Program-made: the position numbers and the translations under genes | Part shown: positions 29,068-40,586 of the stretch, piece by piece | How positions within the stretch are numbered: the first letter of the stretch is position 1 | How the letters are laid out: each line of letters begins with the position of its first letter | Source: Paramoeba atlantica | Taxonomy: Eukaryota; Protista; Discosea | Reading direction: 5' to 3' | DNA: 64,000 nt | Assembly (NCBI GenBank): GCA_977017575.1 | Contig: CDRNVI010000069.1 | Coordinates: forward strand, 387,664-451,663 | Notes under the pieces: generated by a model | The model's input: only the letters and a program-made list of their open reading frames with translations | What the model was told of the DNA's origin: nothing | Database searches by the model: none

Positions 29068-32000
29068 TCAAAAAGCGCAAATATCGTCCCCATGGCTTTG
29101 GCTCAGGTACTTTCTGAGCTGGCCTAGGAGAATGTTTCCATTCATCTCCTGCAAGAGAAGTATGAAATCGTTTTCCACCTTGCTGGGCTCAATAGAAATC
29201 TTTTCCGCCAGAAGCCGTAGCAGCTCCCGAGTTCGGGCGTGCAACGAGCCACTTGACAGCACCGGTAAACAGGCGAATTGCTCCTCGGCGAACATATTCG
29301 ATGAGACGTATTTGGTGTTTTTCCGCGCGATCGCATCTTTGATTGCCTTCGCCGGTGTTGTTCCCGCAAGAGATGGTGCCAGATCGTGTACGACGGTGAG
29401 ATCATAGAAGATTTCACCTGTCGCCCAATAAATAACCAAATCGGGCCCTGAACGGTGTAGCGTGCTGCCTTTGCATGTCGCAATGTGCTCTCGCCGACGT
29501 TCTTCTCGGATCACCTCGGAGCATGATGTGCACACATATGTGGAGAATTGCCGTGGCTCTAACTCACAAGGAATACCCGCACGCAGACACATATTATGAA
29601 TATAGCGTACTAGTGCGTTGTGCTTTACCGTTGTATTCATTCCCGCACATCGGACGCAACCCGGAATATGTGTAAGGGCAGTGGCACTGTTTAGAAGAAC
29701 TCTGCATCCGGGGCAGGTGAGAGATTCGGGAAGACGTGGATGGCCCATTCCCAGGCGGGGCATTACTGCTAAGGTGAATTTCCGCGACGGCACGAGTCGC
29801 TCGTTTGCTTGTATCCATGTATAACTACCCTTCTTCGTTGTAGCGTCCATGATTCTTGCAAATTTCTTGTTCTTCCGAAGGCGCTCCTTCACTTCTTTGT
29901 GCATCTTGACTTCGACTGCCGTCATCTCAGCGACAGGTGCAGTGTCCGACTCGCTAGGCGTGACTTGAGCTGAAAGGAATTTTGGCTGCTCAAAAGCCAC
30001 ACTGCGCGACGCCTGGTACGCGGCCGCTCGGAGTGCATCAGTAGAAGGCAGGCCCAGCCCACCCATACGAAGGGGAAGCCTTGCCCAGTCCAGTTGATCT
30101 TGCGTCATTGGTCCGAACCATGTCTTCAGAACTTTATCAACTTCGCCGTCAAACTCCTTTGCCATCGCTTCAGAGGAGTTCGGTGTGTGTGTGCGAATAT
30201 GAAAACGATGACGAATGTTAACACATTTAGAGAGCAGGATAGTAGATACGTTGCTCGCTCCCATCTGACTTAACCGACGGAAAATTGTTTTATGTTTCTG
30301 TAGCTTTTCTAGTAGTAGGGGATCTACCTTTTCGTCTTCTCCCACGTAAGCGCCGAGAACCTTGATTGCGTCCTTCTCTACGTTGACTTGCGCCATTCGC
30401 AGAACTTCCGGAATTTCCGTGCCCTTCGTTCCTCCGAACCACACACATTTATGATTTGCCATTTGCATGTTTCTTTCATTCAACAAATCCCACACTCTAT
30501 AAAATGCCTTCGTTAGGAGTGCAGGATCATCCGAAGCAAAGTTTATGTCGTCTATGTATGCGAATATTTTGATCGAGGGAAATTCTAAGGCAAGCGTTGC
30601 GAGGATGGGTTGCATCATTGTACAGAAAAGAAGCGTAGAAAGGGGAGACCCCTGTCGAACTCCTGCTGTGCTGAAAACTTTGTCGTGTAACTTTCCGTCT
30701 GATCCAAAATACAGCAGCTCCGACGGCTCGGCATATTGATCGTGAAAAAGCCTCCAGAACGGTCGCAAACTAGAGAACGCGAAGAGTGCGTTCGCGATGT
30801 CTTGCCTCCAAGGAGTGTTGAATGCATTGCTGATGTCCATTGTTAGGATTGATTGTCCTTCCTGATAGAGTTTATGTAGGCGGTGTACTACTGTTTCACA
30901 TCCTGATTTAGTTGCCACTCCGAATTGCCACGGAGCAAAAATCGGCGGCAGACAATGTTCATATTTTTGCAACAAGACGATCTCTGCTAATTTTAGAAAA
31001 ATCTCCCCAACAGCAACCGGGCGCACGTCCCTTCCATTTGCTTTCGGTATGGCGACTAACCTTGCCCTCTTCAACCTGTCCATCACGTCTTTCGAGATCG
31101 CTCCATTTACAACATCCAGTAACATGTGACACAGAGCTGTGCAACAGATTTGATCGTCGAGCAACAGTCTGACTATACCGTCCGTTGTCCCAGATGGACC
31201 GGGTGCCGCGCCCTTGGCCAATCGACGACCTGCCTCGCGGAGTTCTTCCGTTGTTATGATCGCTGTCTGTGTCGCGTCTGCTGGTAATTCGAAAACGCAA
31301 GGAGCCGCAGGGTGCAGTTTTTGGAGTTTGGCAAATGTTTCTTTGTCAGATAATTTGTTGATTACCGTGACCTGATCCAGAACTTTTGCCGCTTTTGAGA
31401 TCGACCCCTCGAGCACAAGGCGTGTGGCTTTTTTTATCGCTCTGCGATCAGCGAATTGCCCTTCATCCGCGTCCTTCTCTCTTTCTTGAAGCTCGGATTG
31501 CGTAAGCACTGGGCGACGTCGTCGACTGCGCGCTGACTGCTCTCTTAATTCTGCCAGCGAATATTTCATCGCGGAGAGCACCCTGTGCCATATCCGACAG
31601 CGGTGAGCATAATCACAATCTGCATAATCCCTCATAAGATCGCGGTAAACCGACACCACGCACGGTATAAATTCAGCGCTTACGTTTCTGACTGTAGGAA
31701 TAGGTTCGTAATCCAAATCTTCGACTGTTTGCTTCACAGACGGTATATCTTTTGCAGACGCGACTTGCTCGTCTTGAGCGCCTCTATTCAAAACGTTAAT
31801 CCATACAATTTTATAGATGCGCACACTTTCCTGAGCAGGAATCGATCCCGCGAAGCTTCGTTCCTTGCAGTGTCCTTGTAGGCCGTCGTATTTTACAGTC
31901 AGTCTGCGTACACCTGCCCTTGATCTCGCCGTTTGAACTGTGCCAGCAGAGATGTTTAACAATACTTGTTGGTCGAAACACCACGCTACCACGCATTCGT

Positions 32001-32871
32001 CGCCTTTCCGAGCATTTCTGGTATGTGACTCCACTTCTTGCGGCGTCAATGGGAACTCAGTCTCAGGTTTCACGTTTGCGCGCATGTCGTCCACAATTTG
32101 CGTTAGTCGGTCTGCATTGTTCGTCGAATCTACATTCACTTCATCAAGCGGCAGGGGCGAGGGTATGCGGCCTGGGCTGGGTGATTGTCCTTTCTCCTCT
32201 GACGCGGGTGAGCTGCAGTCGTAGAACTCTTCTGGCTGAATTTCAGGTTGCGCAACTGGTTTGGACTTGGAGGCTGTTGTTTGCGCATCCGGCGCAGGGT
32301 CCGCCAATTGGGCTAAAGAAGGCAGTGTATTTGATATCAAGGTTGCAATTGGTTTCATGGTCTGAATCACGGTGCTAGCTGTAGGAAACGTGAATCGCGA
32401 GCCGGTCGGTCGACGAATGCGAATGTGTGAATTGGTTTGTTTCGATGCTTCAATGGCTTTTTTATCTTTCGCTTCTTTCCGTTCCTCAGCTCGTCCTTCG
32501 TTCCGTTCGTTCAGAGGATGCGACGGAGATTGCGATCCAGGTGAAATGCAAGATTCTGATGAGGGTGGCGGCGTCGACGATGTCGGGGATTTCGAAGATG
32601 GGGAATTCCGTGGTGGCGGCAAAGGAGTCTTTTGTGGAGGGAAAACGAAAGCCCTCTTTTTCTGCAGGGTGGCTCGCAACCGCTCGGAGTGCTGTGTGTT
32701 TGTCGGTTGCGGTAGCGGTAACGGGACCGGTAGCTCTTGCGACGAAGATGCTTGGGGCGGAAACGGTCGCGGTTGCGGCGGAGATGGTTGCGGCGTAGAC
32801 GGGGACGGTTGTGGCGTAGACGGTCGCGGCGAGGACGGTTGAGGTAGTAGTAGTAGTAGTAGGCAGGTTGG
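29068..32871 (-). CDS. CRE-like polyprotein, 5'-truncated but otherwise intact (RT, Zn fingers, RLE)
   Basis: Frame is open from 32871 with no upstream ATG. Motifs AKGAAPGPSG, MDISNAFN, GVRQGSPLS, AYIDD, MGGLGL, CPGC...HIPGC, KHNAL, RSGPDL, YDLTVVH, RKNTKY. T-runs near 28933-28962. Confidence 0.88.
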   Translation of the reverse strand, partial: PTCLLLLLLPQPSSPRPSTPQPSPSTPQPSPPQPRPFPPQASSSQELPVPLPLPQPTNTQHSERLRATLQKKRAFVFPPQKTPLPPPRNSPSSKSPTSSTPPPSSESCISPGSQSPSHPLNERNEGRAEERKEAKDKKAIEASKQTNSHIRIRRPTGSRFTFPTASTVIQTMKPIATLISNTLPSLAQLADPAPDAQTTASKSKPVAQPEIQPEEFYDCSSPASEEKGQSPSPGRIPSPLPLDEVNVDSTNNADRLTQIVDDMRANVKPETEFPLTPQEVESHTRNARKGDECVVAWCFDQQVLLNISAGTVQTARSRAGVRRLTVKYDGLQGHCKERSFAGSIPAQESVRIYKIVWINVLNRGAQDEQVASAKDIPSVKQTVEDLDYEPIPTVRNVSAEFIPCVVSVYRDLMRDYADCDYAHRCRIWHRVLSAMKYSLAELREQSARSRRRRPVLTQSELQEREKDADEGQFADRRAIKKATRLVLEGSISKAAKVLDQVTVINKLSDKETFAKLQKLHPAAPCVFELPADATQTAIITTEELREAGRRLAKGAAPGPSGTTDGIVRLLLDDQICCTALCHMLLDVVNGAISKDVMDRLKRARLVAIPKANGRDVRPVAVGEIFLKLAEIVLLQKYEHCLPPIFAPWQFGVATKSGCETVVHRLHKLYQEGQSILTMDISNAFNTPWRQDIANALFAFSSLRPFWRLFHDQYAEPSELLYFGSDGKLHDKVFSTAGVRQGSPLSTLLFCTMMQPILATLALEFPSIKIFAYIDDINFASDDPALLTKAFYRVWDLLNERNMQMANHKCVWFGGTKGTEIPEVLRMAQVNVEKDAIKVLGAYVGEDEKVDPLLLEKLQKHKTIFRRLSQMGASNVSTILLSKCVNIRHRFHIRTHTPNSSEAMAKEFDGEVDKVLKTWFGPMTQDQLDWARLPLRMGGLGLPSTDALRAAAYQASRSVAFEQPKFLSAQVTPSESDTAPVAEMTAVEVKMHKEVKERLRKNKKFARIMDATTKKGSYTWIQANERLVPSRKFTLAVMPRLGMGHPRLPESLTCPGCRVLLNSATALTHIPGCVRCAGMNTTVKHNALVRYIHNMCLRAGIPCELEPRQFSTYVCTSCSEVIREERRREHIATCKGSTLHRSGPDLVIYWATGEIFYDLTVVHDLAPSLAGTTPAKAIKDAIARKNTKYVSSNMFAEEQFACLPVLSSGSLHARTRELLRLLAEKISIEPSKVENDFILLLQEMNGNILLGQLRKYLSQSHGDDICAF

Positions 32872-32892
32872 TCATAAAACGAGCAAAATACA

Positions 32893-34490
32893 TTTTTTTT
32901 TTACTTCGTCATCTGACTATGAGGGAACCAAAATTACTCTTTCAAGTTTACATCAATCAATCAATCAAAACTTTCAGCTGTGTAGGTCTACGAATTGATA
33001 GAACCTAGCCATGCGGCCTTTGGTAGGCTGTCGCGTAATTGCGTGACAATCGTGTACGCATTCAGCTTTTCAATCTCTAGTTGAAAAGCCTCTACTACTT
33101 CTTTCACATTCAGATTTGCTCTCTTCGCTAAAGCTGTTATTAATTTTCGTGTATGTTCATGAAGAAAACCACTCTCAGTCATTGGAATGCATTTAAAATA
33201 ATCATCTTCTATTCCGCCAGAGTAAACATACTTTTTCTTTTTCCTTTCAATAGCATTTTGCAGCAGTTGTGCTTCTGTCATTTTTAGGTAACTTGGGCTT
33301 CCGGTGTGGACGACTGTAATGTCATACAGCACTTCACCTATGTGAGGCCACATGATTCCTAGATCGGGGCCTGATCTGATTCTGCGGGCACGGCAGGGAT
33401 GTTTTTCTATCTCTCCCTCGGAAACGTGAGCTTTACATTTGGTACAGTAGAAGGAAGAATGTGAGCGCGGTTCTACTACACAGGGGACACCAGCTTTCGA
33501 GCAGAGGGACGCAAGGAACCTGACGAGATATGAGTGTTTCTTGGTTGCGTTCATTCCGTTACATTTAGTACAGCCGACAATGTGTTGGAATATGTGAGCA
33601 GAGCTAACCTCGGCGGCACATCCAGGGCAATCGATCTTGTCATTTAAGGTTGGAGGCTTGATCCCAAGTCTAGTCATAATTACGTATCGAAAGAGGTACG
33701 GATTAATGTAACCAGAAGAAGACTGTAGATGACTAAAGGATGATGTTGTCCGTTTTAATATGGAGTCGAGTCGCGGATCTTTGCGAATCTCTTCTGACAG
33801 TTTCTTTTGCTCAAATTTTATGGACTTCAACGCTTGTTTTCGGGCCTTTTGCTGCTTGAGTAAAGGGAGTGCGACGTGCCGTTCCTGAGTGGAAGTCTTC
33901 GACTTGCGCGCGTCTACCGGAGCTTTTGTGGTTTGAATTTGCTCATCAATAGATTTGGAGGCAGTGTCGAAGAAGTAGCGATGTTTCAAAACGGAGGGAG
34001 TTAAACCGAGTCCTCCTAGGTGAGGACCTCCTAGGTTAAACCGAGTCCTCCTAGGTTGAGGTTGCCGCTGCGGAGGCGGTTGCGATCGCTTCGCAGGACT
34101 TTGCGACGGGGGCGATCGCGGCGGTGCTGGCGATTCCGACGTTTGCGCTTGCGGTGCTGTCGGAGACGATCGCGGTTGCGACGGAGACTTTTGCGACGGA
34201 GGCAATAGTTGTGATCGCGGCAATGTTGTCGCAGACGGACCCTCAGGAGATTTCTTGTGTCGATCGCTCGGCAGCGACTGCGGTGACGGCGGCGGCGGCG
34301 CCGAAAGTTCAAGCGGCGGCGGTCCAGTTGCTCGCGATTCAGACGGTGCCGGCCGAGGCCGTTCCTCCGTAGGTTTCTTCCTGCGGCGGGTCGTTGGCAG
34401 AGGCTGGACAACTGGAGCTACTCCAGTATCTTTCGCTCGGCTCCGAGTGAACATGCCCATCACAAAAAGAGTAAGAGTACAAAAAATAAA
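32893..34490 (-). mobile_element. RT-less, internally deleted CRE-like element; in-frame ORF 32988-34460 (490 aa)
   Basis: MGMFTRSRAKD and the Pro-rich region are fused in frame to GGLGL, Zn finger and RLE, with no RT motifs. Duplicated 20-mer at the junction; A10 tail at 32893-32902. Confidence 0.82.
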
Positions 34491-36610
34491 ACAACTACCT
34501 CGAATGCCGGCGAGATCAGACGATCTCTCATACTGGAAACGCCACTCGGGAATCGTCAAAGCAAAACCACGCTGACAATTGGTCATGGAAATCACTCAGA
34601 ATCCGACGCTGTAACCTCCGGCACTCAAATCAACGCTGCACCGTCACCTATCGATCGAATGGACACAGACGACCCATTCAAGGATTGTGAGTCTCCACTG
34701 GCAGAGGCGACTCATCATGCGTCCAATTTGGAAAACGCAACTTCGGCGAAAGACGGTATTCTCAACCCAGAAGAAGCGAATCGTTCGTCTAATGATCGTT
34801 CAGGCGAGGACTTTTCTGGGAGTCAAACCGACTCAAATGCAGATCTCATACGCTGCCTCGTTAATTCCATCAATCCCGCCACGCACTTCCCACTGGCAAT
34901 CGATGAACTCATTGCACGCTCGATCAACGTCAAATCAGGAGATAAATGCGTCATTGCTTGGTCGTTTGATTGTACCCCACACTTGAACGTTTCGCGAGGC
35001 GTCGTCAAAAGCAACAGAATAAGATCCGGAGCAACGAAAATCACTTTAGAGTACGAGGGGCTATATGGCCACAAGGTAGGATATAGGTTTGTAGGTAGCA
35101 TCCCTCCACATCCTAACGTTCGAATCTTCAGGGTGGCATGGGAGAGTGGAAACGTTGATACGGTGACCAATTCCTTACTCCCTTTCAGCAGCCAGCACAC
35201 CGATGCCGATCTCGATCTAGAACCCATGCCAACCTTACGGACCGTGGCAAAAGAATTCGTACCCTGTGTAATTGCTATCTATCGCGACATACTTCGCAAC
35301 TACGCCGATAGCACATACACAGAAAGAAACAGGATCTGGCACCGGATTCTTTCAGCAATGAAATTCTCTCTTGCCACAATTCGCAATGCGAGCAACAAAA
35401 GACGCCGCCGTCGCCCCATCTCATCCGATGGACAGGAACCGAGTGGAAATTCCGATTTACTTCTCAAAGACAAAAGAGCCATTAAAAAAGCGACTAGCTT
35501 GGCGTTAGATGGATGCATTAGAAAAGCCTGCCGAACTATGGATCAAGAAATCAGACCTCAAGAGCTCAGTGACAGCGAGACAATTGGAAAGCTTGAGAGT
35601 TTACACCCCAAACTAGAAACAACTTTCCAGTTTCCAAGTGACGCGCCAATCACAGCTTGTGTGGCTCCAAACGAATTGCGTGAAGCGGGCAGAAGAATCG
35701 CTAAAGGTGCGTCGCCCGGTCCGACGGGCACAACAGATTCCATTCTGCGAATGTTGCTGGACGATGAGATATGCTGCCTCTGCCTCTGCCATATGATGAC
35801 TGATCTCATCAACGGTGTGCTCAATAAGGAGGTCATGACGAGGCTGAAACGGGCCCGCCTTGTTGCCATCCCCAAGCCTTCCGGTGCTGTGCGTCCGATT
35901 GCAGTCGGTGAGGTGTGGCTGAAACTAGCTGAAATCATTCTTCTGCAACGTCACGATAAAAAGTTGGTGCCGCTCTTCGCCCCTCTTCAGTTCGGCGTTA
36001 TGATCAAATCGGGTTGTGAACGAGTAGTGCATGAGCTAAACGAGCGTTACCAGGAGGGATGCGCAATCCTTTCTATCGACATTCGAAATGCCTTTAATTC
36101 ACCATCTCGCGATGAAATCGCAAAAGCAGTTTTCGCGTTTCAAACCCTTCGGCCCTTTTACAGGTTGTTCACCGCTGAATACTGCGATCCATCGGAGCTT
36201 TTATTCTACGGAAAGGACGGCCAGTTACAAAAGATTCTTCACAGCACAGCAGGGGTTCGTCAAGGCTCGCCGCTGTCAACAGTTTTTTTCTGCGCCTTTA
36301 TGCAGCCCATCCTTGAGACACTCGCGCAGGAATTTCCCAAACTCCGGATATACGCGTTTATTGATGATGTGAACCTGGCGTCAAACGATCCTCAAGAACT
36401 CGCTAATGCATACGAAAGACTCAAACAGTTACTCACAGAAAAACGGATTGAGCTCGCGCCGCAAAAATGCGTTTTCTTTGAAAACGCTTGGTTGATCTTG
36501 TTGATTTATCTACTCAGTTTTACGTTTCATGATACGACGGGGCAACTGCCCCATCAGGCGGAGACACGTCCAGGTTTTGCGGGGAGTGACGGAAAGGTTG
36601 CCTTCTAAAA

Positions 36611-37423
36611 GCGAAGTTCTCCCGTTCCGTGCCCGCACCACGTACCAGCAGCAGTGTCTCTCTTGGAAATCGTTTCGTCCGATTCATATTGAGCAAGCGC
36701 TTAGTCTCGAGCGCCCTAAAACCCTTTTCAGCTCGGCTTTCGTTTGCCACAACATGGAACAGATGAATAACATTACTGAGGCGAGACAAGGAAGAAGCCA
36801 GACGACTGCCCACACTGAGAGTGAAGTACTCCCGTGGAGTGCCCGCGCCACGTACCAGCAGCAGTGTCTCTCTTGGAAATCGTTTCGTCCGATTCATGTT
36901 GAGCAAGAGCTTAGTCTCGAGCGCCCTAAAACCCTTTTCAGCTCGGCTTTCGTTTGCCACAACATGGAACAGATGAATAACATTACTGAGGCGAGACAAG
37001 GAAGAAGCCAGACGACTGCCCACACTGAGAGTGAAGTACTCCCGTGGAGTGCCCGCGCCACGTACCAGCAGCAGTGTCTCTCTTGGAAATCGTTTCGTCC
37101 GATTCATGTTGAGCAAGAGCTTAGTCTCGAGCGCCCTAAAACCCTTTTCAGCTCGGCTTTCGTTTGCCACAACATGGAACAGATGAATAACATTACTGAG
37201 GCGAGACAAGGAAGAAGCCAGACGACTGCCCACACTGAGAGTGAAGTACTCCCGTGGAGTGCCCGCGCCACGTACCAGCAGCAGTGTCTCTCTTGGAAAT
37301 CGTTTCGTCCGATTCATGTTGAGCAAGAGCTTAGTCTCGAGCGCCCTAAAACCCTTTTCAGCTCGGCTTTCGTTTGCCACAACATGGAACAGATGAATAA
37401 CATCACTGAGGCGAGACAAGGAA
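36611..37423. repeat. 210-bp tandem repeat, about 3.9 copies, inside a 1220-bp insertion
   Basis: Period 210 (gcccgc at 36631, 36841, 37051, 37261); near-identical units. Confidence 0.92.
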
Positions 37424-37939
37424 TGAGATTTTCGGCGAAAATAGTACGAGAGAGAAACACGCAGCACGGTGGAATGGAAGAAAAGAAATCGCAGTAAGAT
37501 GCGCAACAAAGGTGAAGGAGGCTGCAAAAACAGTCTCTAGTTTTTGTAGGGAACGTGAGTTCTGAATTATATATATTTCTTATATTAATTATAAGATATT
37601 TCTTTGTAAAAAAAAAAAATGAAGAAAATGAGAACATAACGTTCTGTAAGGTGGATCTTAGGAACGCCTTTAATAACGTGAGCCGACCCGTCTTCATCTT
37701 CCTCTTTGAAGGCATGAACTGTATTGCTATGCCAAGGCAACTGAAGCAGGACGGTATCATTCGGGAGTCTCACACCACCAAAGTCTTGGGCGCTTACATC
37801 GGAGAGGACGAGAAGGTCAGCCAAAAACTTATCCAGAAGCTCGAGAAGCATCAAACGATGTTCCGTCGACTTAAGACCATGGGGGCCAACAACATCTCTC
37901 TTTTGCTTTTATCCAAATGTGTTAACGTTCGACATCGTT

Positions 37940-40080
37940 TTTTTTTTTTTTGCAAAAAAAAAAAAAAGAAAATCAATACCAGGATTATTTTTTTTTACCC
38001 AGTGAATATTGTTATTGTTATTTTTTTTTCTTAATAAAAACACAGGTCTTAATGAAAACAAAGGTCTTAACAAAAACAAAGATCATCTAATCCATCCGGT
38101 TTTAGGTTGTAGTTTGTTTGCTCGTTGCTTTTTTTTTGAGGTATTATTTACAGATTTTTAGGGAATAATTTACCGCATGATTGTTTTGGACTTTAGGCGT
38201 TGTTGTTGCTGTTGGAATTGACGTGGATTTGCGCATATATATATACCATATGTATATTGCATAAAAACGAATCTCTCACTATTATTATTTTGCGGTATGT
38301 TCTTTTAGTTGCAACTTTACGCAGAGAAAATAAGCGGTCTTGACACGGGTTCCTTTTGCGAACTTTATTTTTCAATGGCTGAGGCCTCCTATGTTCTTTT
38401 AGTTGCCACTTTACGCAGAGGAAAATAAGCGGTCTTGACAAGGGTTCTTTTTGCGAACTTTATTTTTCAATGGCTGAGGCCTCCTAGCCATTGTTCTGCT
38501 GAGATGTATTGTCGTAATTGTGATACGACAGTGTAAGCTGCAAATTTCTCGATTTCTAGTTGAAAGGAATCTCGCGTGTTTTGGAAATCAAGCTCAGCCC
38601 TTTTCGCCAGGGTTTTGATTAGGTTCTTCGTTTCTTCATGCATTAACCCACAGTCTGTTACCGCTATACATCGAAAATATTCTGGTTCCAGACCTTTTTC
38701 CACTATATATTTCCGATGTTTTCGTTCCACTGCACTTTGTAAAAGAGCTCTGCTGCTTTGTTTACGATATCCACTGCAACATGTATGGATCACTGTCACG
38801 TCGTATAAAACTTCCCCTACGTCAGGCCACATTATTGCTAGATCCGGGCCTGATCTAATTCTTCTAGCGCGACATGGGTGTCTTTCTGCGGCTTCGGGTG
38901 AGATTGAACATTTGCACTTTGTACAGAAAAAGGATGAATAAAGACTAGGCTCAATGGCGCATGGCAGCCCTGCTTTGGCACACAAGTTAGATAAATACCG
39001 TACGATGTGTGAGTGTTTCCTTGTGCTATTCATTCCTGCACATCGCGAACAGCCGGCCACATGTGGAATAATATTGCTCGGTGATTCAATGGTTCCACAT
39101 CCTGGGCACGAAACGGTTTCTGGGGCATTCTCCAGTCTTATCGCTAGACGCATCGTGAGGGTTTGTTTAAATAGGTAAGGATTCACATAGTTGCTGGTCG
39201 AGAATAGATGGTAATTTGACTCTTGCGATCTTTTCATGATGTTCCCGAATCGAGGATTCCCGCTCAGCTCTGCGGCTACTTTTTCATGTTCACTTTTCAT
39301 CATTTTTTTCATGCTGGTGCGCGCTCCCTGCGACCCTGAGTTCTTGTTAGCTTTTCGTTTTTCCTCTGATTCTACCGGAGCTTCAATGGTTTTGACATGC
39401 TCATCAATAGAATTGCGAGAAAGGTCGAAAAGGAAACGATGTTTCAGGATCGTGGAAGTTATGCCTAATCCCCCCATTTTGCAAGGGAGCGAAGCTAATG
39501 ACAAAGCGTCGTCGTCCGCCCCACACCATCTCTTTAAAACACCTCGAATCTCTTTATCGAATTCTTGCGCCAACGAGAGCGATGCGCCTGGTTTATGCAC
39601 TCGCAAGTGGTAATCGTGGCGCGGCAACGTGCACCGCTTGAGAATAGCAAGTGACAAATTGCTTGGCCCCATGCAACCGAGTCTTCGGAATAAACAATTG
39701 TGTTTTTCTAATTTTTCCAGGAGCTTCCGTTCGACTGCTTTATTGCTGCCTATGTAGCCTCCAAGCACTTTGATCGTATCCACGCAATCCTGAACTCCCA
39801 GTTCTCGAAGTGCTGAAACTTTACAGTGTTGTGCTTTTGATCCTTGAAAGATTTCACACTTGTGGAAGTTTATTTCCAGGTTCAGGTCCTTTGTAAGCTC
39901 TTGAAAATGTTTGAAAGCTACTTCTAGAGAGGCTTCATTTTTGGAACTCATTGTGACGTCATCCTGATAAGCTCGTAAGGTGACTTCTGGATACGCATCC
40001 GCGACTTCCTTCAAAGCTCCTTGTAGCAAAGTGCAAAAATACAGAGATGATAATGCTGATCCTTGCCGAACTCCAGATGA
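37940..40080 (-). mobile_element. 5'-truncated YQDD-type CRE-like insertion with 8-bp TSD; ORF 38467-40080
   Basis: Starts at SSGVRQGSALSS; RAYQDD, MGGLGI, CPGC...HVAGC, RSGPDLAI, RKHRKY; ends GC + poly(A) at 37940-37952; flanked by ACATCGTT. Confidence 0.85.
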
Positions 40081-40421
40081 ACATCGTTACCACATGCGAG
40101 TTCATAATCCGGATAGCTCCTTGCAGCTTACACGCAATTTTGACAAGGAAGTAGACAATGTTCTACGATCGTGGCTCGACACTGAACTGTCGGAAGAAAA
40201 ACTGGAATGGTTACGCCTTCCCCCCAAAAAGGGCGGGATCGGTCTTACGCCTTCGGAACCAATACGCGAGGTTCAGTTTTCAAAGTCGAAACAAGCTGCG
40301 CTGGAGCGCTCCAAACATCTTTCAGCTTCAACCAGCATTTTGACTTTGACAAGTGGATCTCAGGGGTCCCAGAGAACTTCCATTGATGAGTCCGTATCCG
40401 AAGAGCTGCATCATAACTTAG

Positions 40422-40586
40422 ACAAACATTCTCGGAGGCATTTCTCCTGTGAAATCCTATAAGCTCCCTACAGCAGGAAGCCACGTAGGAAAATGAGAAA
40501 TGTGCTCCTTCCCCCCTTCTCTCAATTTTCGAAGAGAAACTATCTCCGTATAAAATAGAAAATATATAATATTTAGATGTCAACGG
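40422..40586. mobile_element. 165-bp insertion with 9-bp TSD, class unknown
   Basis: Flanked by ATAACTTAG; removal restores the reading frame; no clear TIR or poly(A). Confidence 0.65.

Noticed and set aside
36520-36575. Hammerhead ribozyme on minus (CTGATGG, hairpin, GAAA)
   Set aside because: The core deviates from CUGANGA and GAAA is not adjacent to stem II.
36520-37527. 335-aa and 322-aa repeat proteins
   Set aside because: They follow from a 210-bp unit (multiple of 3) open on both strands; no domain or start evidence.
38296-38484. 94-bp tandem duplication
   Set aside because: Simple local duplication at the stop/3' UTR boundary of the inserted element; no independent feature.
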